NCBI RefSeq assembly: GCF_006345805.1
Contig: NW_021824422.1
Span: 1 to 18,934 of the forward strand
DNA: 18,934 nt
Source: Octopus sinensis
Lineage: Eukaryota
Reading direction: 5' to 3'
Shown: one piece after another, positions 10,782 through 18,934 of the stretch
How positions within the stretch are numbered: the first letter of the stretch is position 1
Layout: each line of letters starts with the position of its first letter
The notes under the pieces: generated by a model
Databases searched by the model: none
What the model saw: the letters and a program-made list of their open reading frames with translations, nothing else
Told to the model about the DNA's origin: nothing
Program-made: the position numbers and the translations under genes

Positions 10782-10924
10782 GTATGTATGTATGTATGTA
10801 TGTATGTATGTATGTATGTATGTATGTATGTATGTATGTGTGTGTATGTATGTATGTATGTATGTATGTATGTATGTATGTATGTTTGAATGTATGTACG
10901 TATGCATGTATGTATGTATGTATG
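10782..10924. repeat. (TATG)n microsatellite
   Basis: Directly visible. Confidence 0.97.
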
Positions 10925-11108
10925 CATGAGTGTGTGTGTGTGTGTGTAAGGAAATGAGATGTAAAAGGATAGACGATTATATCATGAACCTCATGAGCTA
11001 AAGAAACAGCTATAAGCTAATGTAGTTAATAAGATAATGGTTTATTCCTTTGTCATCTCATTTTCATTACTATCACTCTGTACTCGACTAACGCCTCGTT
11101 CTGGAGCA

Positions 11109-11229
11109 TATATATATATTTTTTTTTTTTCATATATACATATATGTATGTATATGTATATATATATACACATACATACATAATATATATGTGTGTGCGT
11201 ATATGTATTATATATATATATATAAATAT

Positions 11230-11322
<93 letters not shown>

Positions 11323-11330
11323 CCTATATA
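11109..11330. repeat. Compound (TA)n/(CA)n microsatellite including a ~75-bp pure (TA)n run at ~11242-11316
   Basis: Directly visible. Confidence 0.95.
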
Positions 11331-12297
11331 TGTGGTGTGTGTATAAAAATACGTATCTTCATATATTTATACGTACTTATATAATTTTCGGCATTTAAGT
11401 ATATACGTATTTGTAAATATTTTGGTAAAGAGTACGGTAAAGATTTATATTCATGTTTTGGGGGGATTCTTTTGTAGTGGAGGCTATGTCAGTTTGTGTG
11501 CCATTAGAAAAGAATTTCTTGACATTTACGATAGTTTCTTTCATAGTAGAATTGGCAATGTTATGTTTTTAATCTTACTTATTTTATCTTTGTTCATGTT
11601 TTTTTATTTGTGTGTGCGCGTGTGTGTATGTCTTGTCTAGGAAAGAGTAATGATACTAAAGAATTAGTTTTCAGCCAAAGCGCGGTAGATAAAAGTTAAG
11701 AAGAGAAAGGGTTACGAGAGAGATAGGTTTGAGGTTTGAGGTTTGAGGAAAAAGAAAATAAGTATGTGAAGAAGTGTACTAATCAGTGTAAAAGGCCGTG
11801 TAGAGGACGAAAGCGATTGGTCATTTCGGAGTCCGTCAGTTAGTAAACAACTTCACTCAGTAACAATACATAGTACATATTTGTATATAAAGAGATATAC
11901 AGAGAAATACTTGAAATGTAACCACAGATCCAAATATTCGCATACGCTAACACGCATACATTCACATAATGTATATACATACACAAAGCGTCAAAGAGGA
12001 AGGAAACTAACCACATGAGTCCATATATGTATATATGTATATCTATAGAAATATATATATATATATATACATATATATGTATATATATCTATATATGTAT
12101 ATATGTATTATATATATATGTGTATGTGCATGTGTGCATAATAGAAAGAGAAAAAAGAAAGTGAGATATATAGATATGTAGATATAGATATGTATATATT
12201 TATAAATATATATTATATAGATGATATATATATGCATATATACATACATACATATAAACATATATATGTGTGTGTATATATATATATATGCATATAT

Positions 12298-12890
12298 GGG
12301 TACAGGACCTCAACAATAGTAAACAACATGAAATACGAAATCAAATGTGTTCAATACGCAAACAGCCAGAAAAACAAATGGAAAACAGGACATGTAACAT
12401 AAAGAACGACCCTTCATCAGTCGTCAGCTGTCTATCTACTCGTCATTTCGAGCACTGAACGACAATATGAGTCTTCGAAGAGTTGCCTCCATAAGTACCA
12501 AATTAAAATTTGGGAACAAAACAGGACAGTGGAGACATACAAGGAAACCGAACGAAAACAAATATGCAGGTTCGTACGGGCAGGATGAGGGTAACATAGC
12601 GAACGCTGGAGAAATATTTTCTTTGAAAGGAGAAAACGATAGAAGAGACAGGTAGAATACGTCCAGACCTTAGGACAGACCTGAAGGAAAAGAAAGATGA
12701 TCTCGTGAGGAAAAGAATGATAGACGATGGTCACGTGTGTGCAACGAGAGAAAGAGAAAATGAAAGGGGAAGAGACAGACAGACATATAGACAACGGTGA
12801 AGGGGAGAAAAAGATGAGGGAGAAAACAATATAGAGTAGAGTCGCACCAAAAACATTAAGATAAAATTACTTGGAAATGGATGCATGGTG
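12298..12890. mobile_element. Unclassified interspersed element inserted in a TA array (left end GGGTACAGGAC); right boundary uncertain
   Basis: 12298-12421 is repeated in inverted orientation at 13120-13242, showing a defined element end; flanked by (TA)n. Confidence 0.55.
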
Positions 12891-13101
12891 TTCAATTAAA
12901 TAATAATATAAATAATAATATATATATGTGTATATATATATGTGTGTATATATATTATATATATATGTGTGTGTTGTGTGTGTATATATATATATATAAT
13001 ATATATATATATATATAATATATATTATATATGTGTGTATGTATATATATATATATATACATATACATATACATATATAATATATATACATATGTTTATA
13101 T

Positions 13102-13242
13102 GGGTACAGGACGTCAACAACTGATGAAGGATCGTTCTTTATGTTACGTGTCCTGTTTTCCATTTGCTTCTCTCATAGCTTGCGTATTGAACACATTTGT
13201 TTTCGCACTCTATGTCGTTTGTAGTTGGTGACGTTCTGTACC
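13102..13242. mobile_element. 141-bp fold-back derivative of the 12298 element end, with imperfect ~15-20 bp terminal inverted repeats
   Basis: Starts GGGTACAGGACGTCAACAA and ends TTGGTGACGTTCTGTACC, between TA arrays; body is the reverse complement of 12298-12421. Confidence 0.7.
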
Positions 13243-13660
13243 TATATATATATTGATTGATTGAACGCCACGCATCCATTTCCAAGTGTGTGTGTGTGTG
13301 AGTGCGTCTGTATGCGCACGCCTGTTTTTGTGTGTTGGATGTGCAGACGTACACGTTTTGTAATGCATTTTTCATTTATGAAATAAATGAATGCCACGCA
13401 TTCCAATGTTGTTAACAGTAAGTTTGTGTATATATATATATATATATATAATTATATATATATATAAATATTTTCCAGAGTAAGCATATAAATGTGAAAC
13501 AAAGAGGAAAAAGTAGTACCGCAGCTAGATTAAGATGCTTTATTAATAATTTTGCAAAATCATCGCAAAAACTGTTACTCTGAGTTTCACGTTCCCGTTC
13601 GTCGGATAGTTTTGGTTGAGAATGGCACAAATATAAGATTATATGTATTTATATATACAA

Positions 13661-13690
13661 TTACGTTGGTGCACAAGCATTTAGTCCTTT
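13661..13690 (+). mobile_element. Solo mariner-like terminal inverted repeat
   Basis: TTACGTTGGTGCACAAG resembles the Hsmar1-type TIR start TTAGGTTGGTGCAAAAG (recalled); no partner TIR or transposase seen. Confidence 0.4.
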
Positions 13691-14004
13691 CAAATAATGG
13701 TATTTTCAATAACCGCTTATATGAAATTATAATTACGAGTTAAATCATATAATTTAAAATCGAAGAAAACATTCAATCAAAACTTAACTTTAGTAGAATG
13801 AAGGAAAACTTGTATACAAAGGTAAATTAATTAACGGTAAAATAAATAATTACAACGATATGTCTGTTTAAATTTAAAACATTTACAAAGAACTAATGTC
13901 ATAAAAATGCATATATATTTAGTTATATATGGACATACTAAAAATACTAAGAGGCCCATACATATATCCACAAAACATACAAACTTTGGTACATGCTACA
14001 CACA

Positions 14005-14017
<13 letters not shown>

Positions 14018-14083
<66 letters not shown>

Positions 14084-14112
14084 ATAGATCTAATATATAT
14101 ATATATATATAC
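14018..14112. repeat. (TA)n microsatellite
   Basis: Directly visible. Confidence 0.95.
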
Positions 14113-14694
14113 TAATGCATATATAGATATCTACGTACACAATAATACACACACATAATGCGTCTCCGTGCGTATTTCTAGATATACAACTTAGCTGTTA
14201 CAAGCTAGTAAGAGGAAACGAAAAAGAACACGAAAATCAGAAAAGTAGTGGGAAAATCAGAAAGTAGTGGGAAAAACGAAAAAAGAAAGTGAAAAAGAAA
14301 AAATATATAGATAGAGAGAGAAAGAGAAATGATTTGGAAGTTAGCGTTCCCAAAAGTATCTAAACAAATATTAGATATTTCTGTAAGCTTACACGCGCAC
14401 ACATATAAAACCCGCATATCTACATAAATGCATACATGCATACAATAGTAACACACATGTACACACGTATACGAATATACAAATAAACATATACGTCGAT
14501 ATATATATATACACATACATATGTTCACTTCAAGATACATGAATACACCATAACGTATACACACATACAGATATATTGAAATATATCTGGTGTATTGAAT
14601 TTCAAAATTAGAAAATTTTACAATAAAATAATATAATTAAGAGTAATGTAAATATATAATTTTTTCTTAAATATAAATTTAAAATTTAAATAAG

Positions 14695-14776
14695 AGTAAA
14701 AAAATTTAACCTCAGCAAAATTTAAATATGGAAATGGATTAAAAAATAAGTAAAAATTTAAACTCAGCAAAATTTA
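14695..14776 (+). repeat. Two imperfect direct copies of a ~28-30 bp unit (AGTAAAAATTTAA[C/A]CTCAGCAAAATTTA) in a very AT-rich tract
   Basis: Copies at ~14695-14724 and ~14749-14776. Confidence 0.75.
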
Positions 14777-15098
14777 TACTTAAATTTGCAAAAAGTCGAA
14801 TGTGAAATATGAAGGCGAAATATGTAGCAGCATTGTAATACTAAAAGATGTCTATATTTTAAGTGTAAAAGCCAAATTCAAATGCGAAAGTCAAATAGAT
14901 TTTTCGAACGTGAAAAAATTACCCATACGGTATATTAACAGTTCACATTTTAAACCACGTAGCGTGCCTGCAGGAATTTAAAAGCTCTCGTCTTTGGTTC
15001 AATGCATTGGTAAATATATCGGTTAAAATGAAATTCCAGTGTTATTTTCATTTTTGCGTATTTTAGACGATAGTTTAATCCCCCGCATCCTGTATACT

Positions 15099-15132
<34 letters not shown>

Positions 15133-15234
15133 TGTGTGTTTGTGTTTGTGTGTATGTGCGTGCGTGTGTGTATGTGCGTGCGTGCGTGTGTCTGTCTGTA
15201 TGTATGTGAGCGTGCGCGTGAGTGTACATATATG

Positions 15235-15847
15235 CAATAATGCCTCGATATACGAGTTAGTTTGTTTCCGGGGACCACTCGTAAAGAGAAAACCCATAAA
15301 ACAAAGCAATAATTTCCAATTCCAGCAACGTAATGATTCGTTATTCGTTATGTTCACTCTTGCTAGAATTTTGCATAAACTTTATAATCCTCGTAAATAA
15401 ATGGCAATAAATGACAATAAAACAACTGTAGAATGTAAAGAATATTTTATGTACAGTAGAAAGAATATCAAGATCATTTATACTAAAAACTATTATAAGT
15501 ATTATTGTTTTCTGAATCACTTTCACTCACACTAGAATCGTACACACCATCATTTATAGACGCGATCGCCGATTCACAAGCACACGTAGACAGACTTGTA
15601 GATTTCTTTTTAAAAAACAAATCTAGAGTTGTTTTCTTAGAAGAAACTTTTTTCGCTCTGTGTAAATTTCTCGGTAACACGAAGAAGCGTTTGTTATGGC
15701 ACTTGAAACTTTTGCATTTCGTTTAAAATTTGGATCTTGTGCTTGAAAACTTTCCAAGGCTGCTTAGCCGTTTTATATTTACTGTAAAATAAAACTCGTA
15801 AACCTGTGATTACGTAGCTCGGGCCCATGTAAAGTGAGGTATTACTT
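15235..15847 (-). mobile_element. Internally deleted Tigger/pogo-family DNA transposon with both TIRs (613 bp)
   Basis: Left TIR CAATAATGCCTCGATATACGAG (15235), right TIR GTAAAGTGAGGTATTACTT followed by TA (15848-15849); subterminal CTCGTAAA repeats (~15288, ~15390, ~15795); internal transposase C-terminal fragment. Confidence 0.75.
15483..15754 (-). pseudogene. C-terminal fragment of a Tigger/pogo-type transposase
   Basis: ESFQAQDPNFKRNAKVSSAITNASSCYREIYTERKK (frameshift) VSSKKTTLDLFFKKK matches the DPN..Y.EIY.EKKK..QTTLD.FF tail typical of Tigger transposases. Confidence 0.7.
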
Positions 15848-15880
15848 TATATGTGTGTGTGTGGCGTGTGTGTGTGTATA

Positions 15881-16036
15881 GGCGCAGGAGTGGCTGTGTG
15901 GTAAGTCGCTTGTTTACTACCACATGGTTCTGGGTTCAGTTCCACTGCGTGGCATCTTGGGAAAAAGTCTTCTACTATAGCCTCGGACCGACCAAAGCCT
16001 TGTGAGTGGATTTGGTAAACGGAAACTGAAAGAAGC
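15881..16036 (+). mobile_element. tRNA-derived SINE (family 2), 5' head
   Basis: GGCGCAGGAGTGGCTGTGTGG (A-box-like TGGCTGTGTGG), GGGTTCAGTTCC (B-box-like), GGCATCTTGGG..GTCTTCTACTATAGCC; second copy at 3826-3987. Confidence 0.88.
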
Positions 16037-16039
16037 TTG

Positions 16040-16150
16040 ATATAGGTGTATTACTTTGACGCTCGGGAGAGTGAGAAAGTCTTTTAGGTTTCGAGCCTAC
16101 GCTCTTCAACAGTAAGGAATAAGAAAAAATAAACAGAGAATAAAAAAAAG
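16040..16150 (-). mobile_element. Short element with a degenerate minimal hammerhead-ribozyme motif, nested inside the SINE
   Basis: Minus strand reads CCTTA-CTGTTGA-A-GAGC GTAG GCTC-GAA-ACCT-A-AAAGA (16117-16080), then GAGCGTC AAA GTAATAC; related to 4197-4380. Boundaries approximate. Confidence 0.6.
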
Positions 16151-16180
16151 CTTTTGGATTTGGCGATCAAGCATGAATTT

Positions 16181-16380
16181 GTTTGTGTATCTGTGTCTGT
16201 ACCCCCCACTATTGCTTAACAACCGACATTGGTGTGTTTTCGTCCCTGTAACTTAGCGGTTCATCACAACGCACCGTTAGCATAAGTACTACTAGGCTTA
16301 CAAAGAATAAGTCCTGGGGTGAATTGTTCGTCTAAAGGCAGTGTTCTAGCATGGCCGAAGTAAAATGACTGAAACAAATA
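16181..16380 (+). mobile_element. 3' half of the family-2 SINE
   Basis: CCCCCCAC..ACAACCGA..GGTGTGTTT..TAACTTAGCGGTTC..AAGAATAAGTCCTGGGGT..TAAAGGC..AGCATGGCC..AATGACTGAAACAA matches my recollection of the tail of this octopus SINE; not verified. Confidence 0.7.
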
Positions 16381-16384
16381 ATAC

Positions 16385-16443
16385 ATATATATATATATTT
16401 ATGGATGATTATATATATGCATATATACATACAATAATATATA

Positions 16444-16508
<65 letters not shown>
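16385..16508. repeat. (TA)n-rich microsatellite
   Basis: Directly visible. Confidence 0.93.
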
Positions 16509-17149
16509 CGTAGACATATATACATAGATGTATGGGATGTGTGTAAATATATATGTAGGTTTACATTGTATATACATCTTTGTACAACATGTTTGCAGGT
16601 ATGTAAGTATGTATGACTAGCAAGACGGACAAACGGACAGACAGCAGATAGTGATTAATGCAGCGGCGAAGTTGAAGCTTCGTGTCTACTTCAGCTTCAA
16701 AACGATTAATTATGAACCGCACATACCTCATTTATACAAGTATTTAGTAGGTTATGTGGATTGTAAACATATATAGGTGTGTGTGTGTATTTGTGTGTTC
16801 CTTAGACACACACACACATATTATATATATAATATATATATATATATCTATATGTGTGTGTGTGTGGTGTGTGTGTGTGTGTATGGGGGCACGTGTGGAT
16901 GTGCTTGTGCGTTCGTGCGTTGAGTGAGTCTCCTGCATTATTTGAAGGTCTCAATGAAAATACTGTCACGGAAAAAGAAATACCCTACAGACAGTCGACT
17001 AACTGACCCTAACATCGCCTGTGATCTACCACGTAGAGTACGCAACGAAAGAAAAGTAATGTCACTAATAGAGTTAAAACAGCCACGTGACTTGAAGTGA
17101 TTCTGAACAGAAAGCTATTTTAAATTCCTTTTAAATTTGCTCCTCTCCT

Positions 17150-17150
<1 letters not shown>

Positions 17151-17204
<54 letters not shown>
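17151..17204. repeat. (CT)n microsatellite
   Basis: Directly visible. Confidence 0.95.
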
Positions 17205-17205
<1 letters not shown>

Positions 17206-17971
17206 TTAACCATCTAATTATGTGGATAGGCCTTGGGGTGTCGAAGCGGCCTGTTTAAACATGCAATTTGAACTAAATATGTGGACTGACACTCGTGTGT
17301 GTGTGTTATGTATGTGGTAATGCTTCAACATGTTGAACAGCTCTCGATCAGCTAAGTGAGTAATGATAATGTTAAACTAAAAGCCGTAAATCTTACAATT
17401 ATATCTACCCAGGGTTTCCTGGTCAAAACTAATTTAAATTGCCATTTATCAAACTGTTTGTCCGTTGTCTTTTGAGCAGATAACATTTAAATCAGGAGAC
17501 GCTTGTACAGAGGAAAACAGAAAAGAAAAACACAAGGGTGACAACCAACGTTACCATAGCTCGATGTCAAGCAGACTGAAACCAGATGTTAATGGTTTAC
17601 TAAGTGTCCTGTCATCTACTTTTTAATTCCGACAAGATGTCTTTTTTGAAGTGTGGCAATAAAGAAAAAACTCGTTCCTCGAATTTATGTATTCGCTGGA
17701 AGTTCCAAAGTGTATTAAAACAGTTTTTTTCAAGCGAATACAGTTTTTCATGCAAACACACTGAATATTTTTTAGATATAGTGTCTGAATTTAGAGATAT
17801 CTGGCTCACTAGAGCAGCGGATTTTATATACTTGTTACACTTTTCTTAAGGGATGACTTAAGAAAGACCAGGGGTTCCTTACTCTCAGTGGGTTTACTGT
17901 TCTCTATGCCACTAACTTGAGTATTTCTACGTCCCGTCGCTCATATGACCCGTTAACCTATAGCTAGGACC

Positions 17972-18770
17972 TCATCATCATCATCATTGTTCGACCGTGG
18001 TCGAGACAATGGAATTACCATGTTGCGCCAGACTCACGGTCCATCATAGCTACGGAGGTCCTGTTGCTGGATGCCTGTATCCCTAGAGATTACATCAGGG
18101 TAGGAGAGTGTGCGCCCTCTGGGTGTTGCGAGTAGATGGCTTCCAGAGGAGAAGAGTAGAAATTACTTTTTTTCAGCTCTACAACAATGTCCAGCAAACT
18201 GGACTCTCCTACCTTTCACAAGAGATGACACAGGTGGTAATTTCCCATATATTTGCATTTTAGTTGGATGGCGCCTCACGAGCGATTTTGAGCTCTCATA
18301 AGGAGGCGAGTTAGGGTCCATCAACCGCCTCTCAAGCTTCTTGATACGTCCAGGTTTCTGAGCCATATAGTAGGATTAGTTCGACTGTGGCTTTGATATT
18401 TCAAGTTGAAAGTCTCTACTTAGATTGATGACCAGATCTTATGCATGTCATTACAGGCTGACCAGGCCATACCTTTCTAGGTAGAAGTCTTTTCCAGATG
18501 ATGATATGAGACCCAAGATATTTATAATCAGAAACCATATTAAAGGTGCATGTTGAGAGTGTGGATGATGCAATCACTGTTGGACAGGCACTGGTTTATG
18601 TATCAGTTTTGGTCTCATTGAGGTAAAGACCTACACAATTTGAGGCTTGTTCAAGAGATTGTAAAAGAGACTGGGCATTGGAGAGAGAATCACTGATAAG
18701 AGCGATGTCGTCAGCAAAGTCAGTGTCTGTGAAGTACTCAGCTGGGTGTCTGGAGCTTCTTCTTAAAAGG
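17972..18770 (-). mobile_element. 5'-truncated RTE-clade LINE (3' ~800 bp) with (TGA)n tail
   Basis: Minus strand encodes RRSSRHPAEYFTDTDFADDIALIS (FADD at 18707-18718), VGLYLNETKT, YKYLGS, LLYGSE, SWRRHPTKMQIYGKLPPVSSLVKGRRVQFAGHC, ending VSTTVEQ then TGATGATGA (17972-17987). Confidence 0.9.
17988..18770 (-). pseudogene. Reverse transcriptase C-terminal half and RTE-type C-terminal domain, frameshifted
   Basis: DFADD catalytic motif, YKYLG and R..R..F.GH motifs in the expected order; upstream RT motifs are absent because of the truncation. Confidence 0.88.
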
Positions 18771-18934
18771 TTCTATGACACCGGATCATTGTAGACATAC
18801 AAATAAGAGGTGATTCCATACTCCCCAACACCCTGGAGCCCCTCTACCGGATGCAGTTTAAAATCATACCTAGGATCGTTAGACTCAGCATATGCACACC
18901 ACAATAACCATTTTAACTACAGACCCCTGTTATT

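Noticed and set aside
11725-11748. (AGGTTTG)3 telomere-like, two-tier G-quadruplex-like repeat
   Set aside because: Only three units, not TTAGGG, and GG runs with 5-nt loops would be weak
11812-11845. Minus-strand CTGACGGACTCCGAAATGA, hammerhead-like
   Set aside because: Core A9 is missing, there is no proper stem II, no palindromic stem III and no stem I
13121-13135. CTGATGAAGG half hammerhead core
   Set aside because: No downstream stem II plus GAAA; it is part of the inverted element end
14232-14270. 20/19-bp tandem duplication GAAAATCAGAAA(A)GTAGTGG
   Set aside because: Two adjacent units with no spacers; a simple slippage duplication, not CRISPR-like
14568-15095. Possible Tc1/mariner element between TACAG at 14566 and CATCCTGTA at ~15087-15095
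   Set aside because: The two ends share only CAG; the right end may be a solo TIR, but the element cannot be delimited
17324-17337. Perfect 14-bp palindrome TTCAACATGTTGAA
   Set aside because: About one such palindrome is expected by chance in 19 kb
17604-17849. Overlapping ORFs open on both strands in AT-rich DNA
   Set aside because: Short (65-81 aa), no recognisable motif, starts at alternative codons; compatible with chance
18771-18934. Possible continuation of the RTE or another degenerate repeat at the right edge
   Set aside because: No RT motifs upstream of the RRSSRHPA segment and no TSD identified; too degenerate to call

Overview
Eukaryotic, repeat-saturated, non-genic (intronic or intergenic) DNA. 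It is very probably from an octopus or other coleoid cephalopod, judged from recalled SINE family sequences and the density of (TA)n/(TG)n/(GATA)n/(TATG)n/trinucleotide arrays. I could not recognise any host protein-coding exon, and nearly all entries in the ORF track are microsatellite artefacts. Coding-like signal is limited to three transposon relics: (1) the 5' part of an L1/Tx1-clade LINE on the minus strand (1-~2250; ORF1 with a CCHC knuckle, ORF2 AP-endonuclease running off the left edge); (2) a 5'-truncated RTE-clade LINE on the minus strand (17972-~18770; FADD reverse-transcriptase motif, (TGA)n tail); (3) an internally deleted Tigger/pogo element with both TIRs (15235-15847). Between them are several tRNA-derived SINEs, a ~550-bp non-autonomous Helitron-like element, a 181-bp fold-back MITE-like palindrome, and an inverted/fold-back element pair (12298-13242). 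The most interesting signal is two related short elements carrying decayed minimal type-I hammerhead-ribozyme motifs of the kind known from Penelope-like retroelements (4246-4278 +, 16080-16117 -). Both lie directly downstream of the head of the same SINE family. All family assignments are by eye and from memory; no database search was run.
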